Shown here piece after piece: positions 39,045-51,744 of a DNA stretch of 64,000 nucleotides; position 1 is the stretch's first letter; each line of letters starts with the position of its first letter. The stretch comes from Sphyrna mokarran. Its lineage: Eukaryota. The position numbers and the translations under genes were made by a program. The DNA lies in NCBI GenBank assembly GCA_024679065.1, contig JAGIQG010000023.1, forward strand, positions 15,996,001-16,060,000, given 5' to 3'. The notes below the pieces were generated by a model. That model was not told the origin of the DNA and did no database searches. It saw only the letters and a list, made by a program, of their open reading frames with translations.

Positions 39045-40660
39045 CCTTCATAGAATCATAGGCCCATGGTGAGCAAGGCTCGCAGAACGGCATTCCCCAT
39101 TGCCCCCAAGGCCAATCTTAAGAGCCACAGGCGGCAGTGTCGGTAAAATAAGGGCCATAATGTGCAAACAGGCCCTTTGGCCCATTGAATCTACACCAGC
39201 ACGTGAGAAACATCTGGCCTCCCACTAAACCCATTTATTAACACTTAGCCCATAGCCCTGAATGTTATAATGTCTCGTGCTCATCCAGATACTTTTTAAA
39301 GAATGTGAGGTAACTCGCCTTACCTTCCCACACAATGCATTCCAGACTGTCACCACCCACTGGAATGTTTTTCCTCGCGTTCCCTCCTGAACCTTGAACC
39401 TATGTCCCCCCCGTGACTGACCCTTCAACAAAGAGGAACAGCTATCCCCTATCCATGTGTCTCAATCTAGTACACTTCGATCAGGTTGCCCCTCAGTCTT
39501 CTCTATTCCAACACAAACAACTCAAGCCTATTCAACCTCTCTTCATAACTTAAATGTTCCATACCAAAGCATCCTGGTGAATCTCTGCTGCACACCCTCC
39601 AGTACATTCACACTCTTCCTACAACATGGTGAACAAAGAACAGTACAGCACAGGAAACAGGCCCTTTGGTCCTCCAAGCCTGTGCTGTGCATTGGTCCAA
39701 CTAGACCATTTGTTTGTATCCCTCTATTCCCAGGCTGCTCATGGCTCCAGGTAATTCTTAAACAATGCCAGTCTGTCTGCCTCCACCACCCTACTTGGCA
39801 GCGCGTTCCAGGCCCCCACCACCCTCTGCATAAAAACGTCCTCTGATACCAGAGTTATACTTTGCCCCTCTCACCTTGAGCCTGTGACCCCTCCTGATCG
39901 ACCAGAACTGTGTACAGGGCTTTAGCTGTGGCCTCACCAAAGTTCTACGCGACGTCAACATGACTTCCCTGCTTTTGTAGACTATGCCTCGATTGATAAA
40001 GGCAAGTGTCCCAAATATCTTTTTCTTCACCTTACTAACGTGCCCTTTGGCCTTCAGAGATCCGTGGACAAACACACCAAGGTTCCTTTGTTCCACAGAA
40101 CTCCCTAGCGATCACCACCTTAAAAAAATTCAGTCGGATTTGTTAGGCATGACCTCCCTCTGACGAAACCATGCTGACTATCCCTGATCAAGTTTTCCTG
40201 TCCCAGTGAAGATAGTTCCTCTCCTTCAGAATGTTCCCCAGTAGCTTCCCTAACACTGATGTGAGATTCACTGGTTCCTTAGCTTATCTCTGCAACTCTT
40301 CTTAAATCATGGAACCACATTACCTGTTCTCCAGTCCTGTGGTGTCCCCTTCATAGCCAGAAAAACATTAAAAAATTGGGGATGAACCTCTGCAGCCTCC
40401 TCCCTTGCCTCCCTCAGCAGCTTGGGACGCAATTCATCCAGACCTGGAGATTAAGCTTGCCATCACCTCCAACACATTTTCCGTCCCTGTGTCAATTTGC
40501 TTAAGAACCTTGCAGTCTCTCTCCCTGAATTCCATTCCTTCGTCCTCTCTCTTGGTTGAAGACAGATGTGAAGTTTTCGTTCAACAGTATCAATGTCCTC
40601 TGGCTCCACCCATAAATTGTCCTCTTGGTCTCTAATGGGCTTTACTCTTTCCCGGGTTAT
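39045..40660 (-). mobile_element. Fragmented CR1 LINE with a nested CR1 3' tail (about 39630-39898)
   Basis: ORF pieces GTLAFINRGIVYKSREVML..LVRPQL and GHRFKV. A second (GAACAAA)n tail interrupts ...ATGGT|GACCAGAACTG. Confidence 0.82.
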
Positions 40661-42329
40661 CCTCTTCCTTAAATTTGAACACTTCTCTGTTCGAAGGAGA
40701 GCAATCTTAACGAAAAGTCCCTCATCTCTTTAGTAAATCTCTGCAACCACACTCGAGACCTTAACATCCTTCCAAAAGCGAGGTGCCCAGATTTGATCCC
40801 AATTCTTCAACTGAGGCCTAAGTAGTGATTCACCAATGTTGAGTCTAACTTCCTGCTTTTGTACTTCATACCTCTATTTATAAAAGCCCAGGAAACCATA
40901 TGTTTTTATGTGCATGAATTGATTTCTCCTTTTGTATAGACATTAAACATGTTGGGTGAATCCAGAGGACAGACATGACCTCACTTAAAATGAGATTCCT
41001 TGGAGCAAATAATCTCTTGGTTGATTTTTGACAATACATAGAGTGTAAATCCAGTGTGGCGCCAAAACTGGTTTATAAAGTATGGAAAGAAGGGACTTAC
41101 TCGGCGTTTAAATTTTTTTTTTGTTTTTCCACTCCTGATTGTTTCAATGTTTTAAATTCTTAACTGTTACGTATTTGGAGCGAACTCCTTGGCAGGAATG
41201 TTACTTAGCCGGTCAAGTAAGGGCCTACCTGACTAGCACATCAACTACACCTAGGGTAACTGTGGTGTAAATACATTCTGAAGGACAGGAAAGGAATGCA
41301 GAGTGTGAAAGGTTCAGATTTACTCATCTCCTGTGCTGTTTCAGAATGAATTCCTTGTGTTTCATTCCTAAAGTTGGCAGTTTATTTTTGCTTTTCCCAG
41401 TACTTGGGTTTATGGTTAATTTTATATTAAGGGAACGTATGAACTCACGAGCAGAAGACAAGCGTTAGCACTGGCTACAGGATCCAAAATGCGGATCTAA
41501 ATCGTCCATAAGGCCTGCTCTTCCTTTTGTGGTTTTGCTGAAAGTTTGTTTGCTCATTCATCCTCGACCGCTCCCTGTTTTTGATGAATGAAGCTGTTGC
41601 GTGCTGACAGCAGTTAACCATTTGCCACCTTTTTTATTCTGACATTTTACTGACTGTAAAATTGGCCTTTGAACCCATCTTTGTAAACCACCTCCTCCCT
41701 CCAAGCTGCCTGATTCAACTCCCAGCCCACAAATTCTCCGTTCCTTTGACCCTGACCTCTTGGGTACCAGCCATACTTTCAGTTACGTAGATCTTGCACA
41801 CTAGAAACTCTCCTCCCCCATCCGTTTTGTCCCTCCAATTTCTCCCTTTTAATTAAGATGTCCTTTGTTATCTTTGACCGAGCTTTGGCTCCATATCTGT
41901 TTTCCGTTGTGAAATGCTGTGGAGAGTTTTCTATGTTAAAAGATGCAATTTATGCACAAGTTTCCCTTGCTGATTTTGTTCCCTGATATTTGTTTTTGGG
42001 ATTTTATTTTATCAAATCTCTGTACACTTTATCATGTGGTACTTAGAATAAAGGGGTATGAATACTTTTGGGAAAGCTGAAACGTGTACTGGGAGCCATA
42101 TACTATCCGGGAACAAGCCAACTGGACAGTGTCCCTGGGATATACCAAGTTTAACACATCTGATGTTGGATTTGTTCTGTTGGAGCAGTGTGTTTTGCAG
42201 AGCAGTAGGAAGGGACTGCGTCTTATTATTGAAAGGACTCTTCAGCCAGTCACGATAGAAGGAGCTGGTGGAAAAGGAAAGCTGACCACATCTTGCTGAA
42301 AAAGAGTTTCTGCTGCCAAGCCTTCACAG

Positions 42330-42835
42330 TGGTTTTACAAAGAGTACTTGGGCAGCTTGAGTGGGTAAATTGACGTGGAGAATTGTGGCACCGTCCACTT
42401 TGTATCCCCGAAAGCTGAATGAAAATGCTTTTCTTAATGGCAAGAGGCTGAGAACCGTGGCAGAGAATAGAGACTTGGATGGTCAGGCAGGCAAGTCACT
42501 GAAAGGTACAAAGTCTAATTGAGGTGCATGGAATGTTCGCTGTTGTCTTTAGGGAGTTTGGAATACAAAGGAGAGGAGATGATTCCTCAGCTGTCTTGGT
42601 CTCATCGGGAGTGTTTTGGACATTCGGTTTTGGACACTGTACCTCAGGAAATATTAAATCGTGCAGACACATTGCACACGCTTTGTTTGTGTTCTCTTTT
42701 GCGCGATTAAGGAGTGATCTAATCTGAGGCGTTTCAACGATGAACAGATTTGATAAGCCAGATACAAATTGTTTCCTCTGGTGAGGGATTCCAGAACAAA
42801 GGGAAACAATTGTTAAAATTAAAGCCAGTCTCTTC
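42330..42835 (+). mobile_element. Highly degraded CR1 3' region
   Basis: Remnants of GMF.V.FREFG and RLRSDLI. Confidence 0.55.
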
Positions 42836-42869
42836 TCGTAAAGTAATTTTTTTTGGTCCACCCAAGGAT

Positions 42870-43175
42870 GGGGGCACAATGGTTAGCATTGCTGCCTCAT
42901 AGTGTCAAGGACCTGGGTTCAATTCCAGCCTTGGCTCACTGTCTGTATGGAGTTTGCACGTCCCCCCTGTGTCTGTGTGGGTTTCCTCCAGGTTGCTCTG
43001 GTTTCTCCTACAAGCCAAAGATATGCAGGTTAGGTTGATTGGCCATGCTAAATTAGCCCTGGTGTCCAGGGGAAATAATAGGGTAAATATGAGAGGTTAT
43101 GGGAATAGGGCCTGGATGGAATTGTGGTTGGTGTCAATTTGATGGACTGCCTTCTGCACTATAGGGATTCTATGA
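42870..43175 (+). mobile_element. HE1 V-SINE (tail A)
   Basis: HE1 consensus. Confidence 0.9.
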
Positions 43176-43184
43176 TATATGTCT

Positions 43185-43760
43185 GGGCCAGCATTTATTA
43201 CCCTTGAGATGATGATGAGCCATCTTCTTGAACCACTGCAGTTTCTGAGGTGTAGGTACACCCATGCAGCTGTTTGGAAGGGGATTCCAGAATTTTGACC
43301 CAGTGACAGTGAAGGTATGGCAATATATTTACAAGTCAGGATGTAATGTTCACGTCTGCTGTCATTGTCCTTCTAGATGGCAGTGGCCATGGATTTGGAA
43401 GATGTTGTCTGGGGAGCCTTGGGGGAGTTACTGCAGTGCACCTTGTAGATGGTGCACACATTACTGGTGGAGGGAGTGAATGTTTGTGGAAGCAATCAAG
43501 CAGGTTGCTTTTGTCCTTGCTGGTGTTGAGTTTCTTGAGTGTTGTTGGAGTTGCACCCATCCAAGCAAGTGTTCCATCACACTTCTTGTGCTACAGGTAA
43601 AGATGGTGGGCAGGCTTTGGCAAGTCAAAAGATGAGTTATTCATTGCAGGATTCCTAGTCCCTAACCTGCTATTGTAGTCATGTGGCTGGTACAGTTCAG
43701 TCTCTGGCTAATGATAACTGAGGATGTCGATAATGGGGTATTTAGTGCCATTGAATGTCA
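43185..43760 (-). mobile_element. 3' fragment of a second CR1/L2-group LINE
   Basis: Minus ORF WMGATPTTLKKLNT.KDK...RQHLPNPWPLPSRR. Its tail (GGTAATAAATGCTGGCCCAG) is shared with the 31880/32430 SINEs and with tails at about 1120-1230, 50330-50400, 57130-57190 and 63780-63845. Confidence 0.72.
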
Positions 43761-43982
43761 ATGTGGAATTCTGGAGTGCTTGAAGTGAAAAGTATAGCAG
43801 CATTTAAGGAGAACTTGACTGGCATTTGAGGGAAAAATGAAATAGATGATTACAATGGTAGAATAGATGAGAAAAGATGGGCAGAGGCTCGAGTGGCGAT
43901 TCGGCCCTGGCTGAATAGTTATATTTCTGTATTCTGTGCCCAAGTAATCCTATTCTGTGAGCATTTCTTCGCAGGATGGTTG

Positions 43983-44285
43983 GGGGTGGCACGTTGGCAT
44001 AGTGGTTAGTGCTGCTGTCTTCATGTGCCCGGGATCTGGGTTATGTTCCTGGCTTGGGTCACTGTCTGTGGGGAGTCTGCATGTTCTCCCCGTCTCTGTG
44101 TGGGTTTCCTTCCGGTGCTCCAGTTTCCTTTCACAGTCCAAAAGACGTGCTGGTTAAGTGCATTGGCCATGCTAAATTCTCCCTCAATGTACCTGAACAG
44201 GTGTCATAGTGTGGCGACTAGGGGATTTTCACAGTAACTTCATTGCAGTGTTAATGTAAGCCTTCTTGTGACACTAACAAACTTT
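43983..44285 (+). mobile_element. HE1 V-SINE (tail B)
   Basis: Best-preserved tail-B copy (...GGCGACTAGGGGATTTTCACAGTAACTTCATTGCAGTGTTAATGTAAGCCTTCTTGTGACACTAACAAA). Confidence 0.9.
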
Positions 44286-44289
44286 AAAA

Positions 44290-44780
44290 ATTGTACTTCT
44301 CGGGACTGGGATCTTTATTAGGTAAAGTTATCGCTGATTGATGGGATGGATGCTGAGGTTGTTGCCCTGCAGCTGAGGAATCTAGAACAGGGGTATCATC
44401 TCAGGATAAGGGAGTGATCATTTGGGACTGAAATGAAAATAAATCTCAAAGGTAATTGCTGAAAAGATTGAATCTTTCGGATTTCTCTCCACTAGAGAGT
44501 TGTTGATGCTCTGTCGTTGAATATATTGCTGGCTGAGATCGATGGACTTACGATCTCCCAGGAAATTGAGGAAATGTGATTAGTTGGGAGAAGAAAATAG
44601 AGGTCAGCTGGGGTCATAAGAAATGATAGAGCAGGCTTGACTCCTGGTGTACGCCAGTTCCAGTGTTCTATGTTGAGAGATAAAGAGCAAAGGTGGTAAA
44701 TGGGGTTGAGGTACCAGTCAGCCGTGATTCGGGGAATAGCTTAAAGGGCTGAATGGTCTACTCCTGGTATTGCAATTTTT
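44290..44780 (+). mobile_element. Old CR1 3' ends
   Basis: GGGATCTT..., GAATCTAGAACAGGGG..CTCAGGATAAGGG, and CR1 3' UTR motifs. Confidence 0.65.
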
Positions 44781-46035
44781 TTCACTATCCTATTTGTATT
44801 TTTAAAAGCAAAATTGATGGCGGTTTGGCCCTCAGTGGTATAGTTGCATCAGTTTCTGTGTCTTGCGTTACTTTTACCTGGAATGAACCCAGCGAAGAAT
44901 TCCTATTGCAGCTCTCCTGTTTTTTTTTATTTGTTGTCTGGTTGTGAGTGGCTTTGGCAAGGCCATACTCATTGCTCATCTCACAAGGAAATTGTGATGG
45001 ATTGCCTTCCGGAACCTCTGCAGTCCCACTGGAGATTGTCTACACTTGGTGCCAGTTCAGGATTTCCAGAATTTGGAAGTGGGAACGTTATAGAAAAGCC
45101 CTGACCAGACGTAATCCTTGAGGCATTAACTGCCACTACTGTCAAGGATTCAGCTACGTGGGGCCTTGCGAGAGCTGGAAGTGTCTGACTCATATTGTAA
45201 CCCTTTCACTTGTGTCTTCAGGCAAATGCTTAATTTTCTCTCTCAGACGATTGAATAGAAAGTGGTGCAATTGGGAGCACATCAAGCAGTAACTGAATGA
45301 CTTACAGTAAAACGCTGATCACACTTCTTGTAAGAAGGCCAAACAAAACATTTCCCAGTCGATTTGAAAGCTAACATCTCTGCCAAGTTGCCATGGATAA
45401 TCCGAGGGCCGAATCGGCCACTTCACTGCTTCTTCCCAGTGAACGGAGTAGACGTTCTTAATTATTGGAGCTGTGAACTACTATGTTCTTGATTTGTGCC
45501 CACGAGAATTTTACATAGAAATCACCAGACATGCTGTGTCCATCATCAAATCAGGTGCAGAACTTTGTGTTTCTGTGTGTCTTTTTTTAATCTAAAATTA
45601 TTTGATCAACTATTGAGTGGTGATGAACAGCTTTTTATGAAACATGAGTTCTCTTTAAACTACTTTTTAATCTTTGCCTCCCTTCCTATTGTTTCACAGA
45701 ACTGAAGTTCCCACCCAGAAAATATTTTTTTTCCCCCAACATGGATGGGAGGGAGCGTTCTAAAACGGATGGGAGGGAAGCAGACCTCCTCAAAGGTCAA
45801 TATCCTGCTTGCACGAGGATGTTAGTGGATTTTCTTTTCGAAGCAGTGTTGGACAGGAAGTATTTGCTCCCCTCCTCAAATCCAGGCCCAAACTCTGCAT
45901 TTCTATTTGGGTTAGAGCCATGAGCTGCAAGTACTGGGAAGATTTTGTAGTGGGAAACTTTACTGTTTTGAGTCTAATTTTTGTCTGCTTGAAAAATGCT
46001 TGCTCGGCCAATGAACAGGAGCAGCCCTGCCTTAA

Positions 46036-46335
46036 GAGTGGCACGGTGGTTAGCACTGCTGCCTCAAGGCAATAGGGACCCGGGCTCGATTCTGGCCTTG
46101 GCTGACTCTCTATGTAAAATTTGCCCACTGTGCCCATGTCTGTGTGGGTTTCCTTCAGGTGCTCCGGTTTCCTTCCACAGTCTTAAGGTTTGCAAGTTAG
46201 GTGGTTTGGCCATGGTAAATGCCCAGGGCTACGGAGCTAGGGTGGAGACGAGGGCCTGGGCGGGACTCTATTTCGGAGAGTTGGAGCATACTTGGTGAAC
46301 CGAATGGCCTTTTTCTGGACTGCAGGGATTCTGTG
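46036..46335 (+). mobile_element. HE1 V-SINE (tail A variant)
   Basis: HE1 head and V-domain; tail CCGAATGGCC..CTGCAGGGATTCTGTG. Confidence 0.86.
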
Positions 46336-47419
46336 GCTCTAAGATTGTTAATTGATGTGCTGCTGTACATTAGGTGCTCTTGGGGATGTCTTCAACTGAC
46401 CAAAGGGAATAGTAAATCTGGTTGAATAATCAGCGTTTATGATATGCTGCATTGTACAGGCTGGATGTCCAAATTCCAGGATTATATAAAATCTGGCATG
46501 GTCTTGGTCGAAGGCTGCTGTTCTTTGGATATTGTATCGGTATACACTCAATGTAGGATGTTGGTAAATTGTCATGTCTGAAATAGGAAGGGGCTAGGAC
46601 AAAAGTGTGGCCTGGGAGCAGGGCTATAGCTCTGAGAGTTGGTTTTCTGAAGGTGCAAACCTTGAGGACCTGAAATCTTAACGTCATAAGATGCATAAAC
46701 TGAATTGGATGAAGAATTGTATGGATTTTCAATAGCGCAAACATCAGAGACCTCTGTATATTCACCATTCACTCCAACCTTTCGCCAATATATAACACCC
46801 CCCCTCCCCCGCTTCAATCTGTTAAAACATTTGTAGTGAATGCATGCAGGAATTGGCGTCCAGAATGTTGAAACAAACTGCATGTACTACAGCACACAAC
46901 GTTTAAATTAATTTTGTCACATGCACTCGCACTCATTCTCGCACATACATAAATGATTGCTATAAAAAGCAACAGTTTGCGTATGTACGTCAATGATCAA
47001 AAAAAATTCTTTCACACTGTAATACCAACTGTGTAATCAAAGATGGAAAAGTGCTAAATCATGATAAAATTCTTCAGGAGCAGTTTCTCCCAGGCTTTGG
47101 GCACGATATAAACAGTTGGTGAAGTATGATATGGCTTCCCTTTTTGGCTGGTGGCCTGGGTAAGAATTTTGATTTGTATTTTTGATATTTCCAAATGTTC
47201 TGTTCCAGATAAATGCTGACTTTAATTATTTATTTTCGTAAAAATGCACACATTTAGCTGAGTGAAAAATGGTTTTGTTATTGTGCTGTTTTAAAATGAA
47301 TATTTTATCTATTCAACAGGTCACTTGGCGTCACCTGTTGCAATGAGATGGAAGATGTGTGTCTGAGTTGTTTACTATCTGTTGAGTCCAGTGCAGTACT
47401 TGCAGTTTCCTGGAAGATC

Positions 47420-47720
47420 TTAGAAGCTTATAGAGCAGAAGGAGGCCATTTGGCCGATTTGAATCTGTGCTGATCACAGTTCCACCCAGGCCCTATCTGC
47501 GTAACCCCATGTATTTACCCTAGCTAATCCTCTGACACTAAGGGTCAATTTAACATGGCTAATCCATCTAACATGCATGTCTTTGGACTGTGGGAGGAAA
47601 CTGAGGGAAACCCACACAGATACAATGTTCAAACTCTGCAAAGACAATGACTCAATCCGGGAATTGAACCCGGGTCCTTGGTGCTGCAAGGCAGCAGTGC
47701 TAACCACTGTGCCACTGTGT
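47420..47720 (-). mobile_element. HE1 V-SINE (tail A)
   Basis: Reverse HE1 consensus. Confidence 0.9.
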
Positions 47721-47800
47721 CTGGGGAGGGGTTGCGGAGAAAGCAGAGAAATTTCATTACCCTAGTTGGCCACCTCTCAACATCACATTGTCTACTTGCA

Positions 47801-48700
47801 TCACCCGGTCACATAGTGTTTAGATCATCTCCTCCCTCAGACCGAGATCAACTGTCATTTTACTGAATGTCATCATCCTCTCGGAGTCAGCTGCTGGGTT
47901 CCAGCTCCACTCTGGAGACATGAGCACATTCAGCCTGACATTTCCGTGCAATACCAAGGAAGTGTCCTATTTCCACTAATTTCTGGTTTAATTCTTGATT
48001 CTTGAGAGCGCTGCTGGGTATTTATTGCTCGTTTTTGACTGCCTTCGAGAATCTGCTGTTTTTTCCAATGAAATATCCGGTTCAGGCCTGATCTGTTTTT
48101 TTTTAAACTCATTCAGGTAAAAGTGAAAGATCCCTCAGGAAAAATGAGGGATTAATCCCGGGAATCGTGGCCAACATTTATCCCTCAGCCAATCATATTA
48201 ACTAGGCACATCTCATTGCTGTTTTGGGTCTTGCTGCAGGCAAAATGGTGTTTTGCCTACTTTGCAATAGTAACCATACTTCTAAAATAATTCATTGGTT
48301 TTAAAGCATTTTGGGATGTGAAAGGCACTATTTGGATGCATTCATTGTGAATTTGATCAGCTCAGTACTGTTGCTCAAAAATATGTTTTTGGGTGGTAGG
48401 ATGGTGAGCATTGCTGCCTCGCTCGGTTTCAATTCAGATCGGGCCTGAGCCGGATATTTCATTGGGGAAAAAAACAGCAGATTCTTGAGGGCAATCAAAA
48501 ATGAGCAATAAATACTCAGCAGCTTGATTCTCAAGAATCAAGAATTAAACCAGAAATTCCTGGAAATAGAACACTTCCTTGGTATTGCATGGAAATGTCA
48601 GGCTGAATGTGCTCATGTGCAATGATAATGACGTTCAGTAAAATGACACTTGATCTCGGTCTGAGGGAGGAGATGATCTAAACACTGTATGACTGGGTGA
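47801..48700. repeat. Local inverted duplication (47801-48095 vs 48435-48700)
   Basis: The second copy is the reverse complement of the first, lacking about 47877-47917, and sits inside an HE1 SINE. Confidence 0.9.
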
Positions 48701-48950
48701 GGATCACTGTTTGTGTGGAGTTTGTACATTCTCCCCGTGTCTGCATGGGTTTCCCCCCGGGGCTCTGGTTTCTTCCCACACTCCAAAGATATGCGGGTTA
48801 GGTGGATTGCCCGTGTTAAATTGCCCCTTATTGTTGGGGGATTAGCAAGGTAAGTCCATGCGGTTACAGGGATGGGGCTTGGGTGGGATTGTTGTTGGTA
48901 CAGGTTCGATGGGCCGAATGGCCTCCTTCTGCACCGTAGGGATTCCATGT
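48390..48950 (+). mobile_element. HE1 V-SINE (tail A) interrupted at 48435-48700
   Basis: Head at 48390-48434; the body resumes at 48701 (GATCACTGTTTGTGTGGAG...). A further degraded HE1 follows at 48955-49120. Confidence 0.85.
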
Positions 48951-50861
48951 ATCTACGACAACAGCAGGAACTCAGGTTCAATTCTGGCCTTGGAATTTGC
49001 ATGTTCTTCTCATGTCGGTGTGGGTTTCCTCCAGGTGTTCCAGTTTCATTCCACGCCCCAAAGATGTGTGGGTTAGGGGGGTGGAGATTGGCCTCCTTCT
49101 GCGCTATGGTGATTTTATGAATGTGGGTACGGAAACAGCTTCCCAAGGAAAAATAACACTCCCAGCTTTTGAGAGAGAGAATAAATACTCAATGTTGGTC
49201 GAGGTGGTGGGGGATAATTGGGTGAGAAATGAGAGGGAGTGTTCAGTTTGTAAAATTTAACAGGTTTGACAAGGAAACCAGATTTATTGCTCAGTATAGC
49301 AACTGCATAAACAAACATTGAGTGAACATGAGCAGTAACTTTGTGATTTTCTGTAGCGAACTTAGCCAGTGCCAAATGAGTGCTAGAAGGTGACATGTTT
49401 CTCTCTTTGGTCACAACCTCTCCCCATCCAGAGTTAGCCTGCATTTATGCCAAACCGGGAATCTCGTACATTTTCCACAGTCTAATTTCCTATTGTGGGG
49501 ATACTTCGCCCATCTTTCAAACTCCCATGGAAGAGAAAAGGAGGCCCATCGACTTAAAACAATGAGATTGGAAGGACCGCCACATTCAGGTCAGCTTTCA
49601 ATAACGTGCCGGTTTTCAAACGTTCAAACTCCAAGGAAACGTGCACTTGGTGCTCTTGAGGTCTGCCAGTATCTCAGACTGTGTGTGGCCCAATTAAGCT
49701 GAATGAAAACCAGAAGCACAGACTTGGCTCAGGGACTCACAGCCAAATGCAAGAAAGGCTTGGTCTGTGCAGAAAGAAAAGAAACATGGATAACAACCCT
49801 CCGGGATAACCTCTCTGCACGGACCTGTGATTGAATGAGTTTTAAACTGGCTGGGGGAAGCTGGGCAAGTCTCCAGAATCTCACTTTGGAAAGCTCTGAA
49901 ACATAAGCAGAGAAACAAAGTTATTTTCAAGTATTTATGTTGAAGTGGGCAGGACTAGAAACAGTGTGTCGGGGAGCGGGGGGTGGGGGGAGGTGTGTTG
50001 GGCAGGGAGAAGAGGTGGTTTCCCAATTGATCCCAGAGTATTCTAGTTCTAATTTTAATTAAATGCAGATTAACAGATGCTTAGGCGTGCTGCTAACAGA
50101 TGCCTGGGCGTGCTAGCTGACAGGAGTTTAATCAAAAGTCCAGGTAGCATTATAAAGGTCCAGTTTAAGCATGAACTATCAATGGTGGTAACAGACAAAT
50201 CATTGCTTTCTTATGAAATGCATTTGTCTTCTATTTGAACTAAAATATTAATCTGTTTGAAGTCAGTTAATATTGTTGTTAATTATTCTTCTCTGCTAAC
50301 CGTGGAGATTAATTGGAGCTAGAACTTTTAAGGATTCTTTCACAGGATGTGTGTGTCGCTGGCTTGGCCAGTAGTTGTAACCCAACTCTAATTGTCCTTG
50401 AAGGAAATTTTTTGCTTCATGTCATCTGTTCATATATTTCCTGATAATTAATTATAAAATGATGTTTTGATGAACTTCACTAATGGAATCACAAGTCCAC
50501 TGGTGGTCATTTTACTCAGCATCTCTCCATTGCAATGTTGAAATGGCTTCCATTTCATTAATTGGATGTGATTCCAATTCTACAGAGGGTTAGAACTAGG
50601 GTTTTGGCCAGTTTCCATGTTGTCTATGTCATGCTATTAATCACTTGTAATCCAAATTGATATTCACATGGGACAATTACTCATGTTAATATCACAAGTA
50701 TACCCAGCTGATTATTGGAAGTTTCTAAATCTGGAATGAAATCCTTCCCCATAACCATAAGTGACAAGTATTTTCCACTTGGAGCTCCCCTGGGTTGGGG
50801 GTATTGGGCTGGAATGGAGTTTTAAAACTTAAAATTCCTTAATTCTGAAGGTTATTTCAAG

Positions 50862-51283
50862 ATAGCACAGCATGGTACCCCAATGGTTGGTACTGCTGCC
50901 TCACAATGTCAGGGCTACTGTGTGGAGTTTGCACATTCTCCCCATCTCTGTGTGGGTTTCTTCCGGGTGCTCCGGTTTCCTCCCATAGTCCAAGAATGAA
51001 TGGCTAGGTAGATTTGGCCATGCTAAATTGTCCCTTAGTGTCAGGAAGGCTAGCTAGGGTAAATGCGTGGGATTATGGAGATAGATTGGGATTGTGGTTG
51101 GTGCAGACTTGATGGGCTGAATGGCTTCCTTCTTAGCTGTAGGGATTCTATGACTGTAACATTATATTCTGCACTCTCTCCTTTCCTTCTCCTTTATGTA
51201 ATCCATGAATGATATGCTTTGTCTATCTGTAAGTTGTAAGAAACAATATTTTTTGCTGTATCCCAACACATGTGCCAATAATC
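50862..51283 (+). mobile_element. HE1 SINE fused to a Rex1-type 3' tail
   Basis: HE1 runs to GGGATTCTATGA (51153) and continues directly as CTGTAACATTATATTCTGCAC...ACATGTGCCAATAATC. Confidence 0.85.
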
Positions 51284-51419
51284 CTACACTGTTAGATTTT
51301 ATAATTTAAATTGAGTTTTTAATGACAAATTATGGCCACCATATTTACCTGTTTTAACAGGATCAGCTGTGAATGCTTAAAAAAAACTGGATCATAAAAT
51401 CATATCAATGAATCCCTTT

Positions 51420-51680
51420 ATTTGATTAGATTAGACTTATTATTGTCACATGTGTTAGTATACAGTGAAAAGTATTGTTTTTTGTGTGCTATATAGACAA
51501 AGCATATTGTACATAGTGAAGGAAAGGAGAGAGTGTAGAATGTAGTGTTACAGTCATAGCTAGGGTGTAGAGAAAGATCAACTTAATGAAGCACTGTTAG
51601 ACCATTTATGAGAGTTAGAATAAAGTTTTAGGAGCGTAGAACGAGAGTAAAAAGTAGAATTAGAAGGTATGCCGGAAGTA
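51420..51680 (-). mobile_element. Short element: distinct 5' segment plus Rex1 3' UTR/tail
   Basis: 51420-51588 matches the 3' UTR of the LINE at 9663-9835. 51605-51676 matches 7907-7978. Confidence 0.8.
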
Positions 51681-51744
51681 GCCTGTAAGTTTCAATATGA
51701 ACACCTCTTGTCCTTCTAATCAAATATCTCACTGCAAATTTTTA

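Noticed and set aside
39066-39078. ATGGTGAGCAAGG, identical to the start of EGFP
   Set aside because: Only 13 nt and does not continue into GFP sequence; chance match inside a small insertion.
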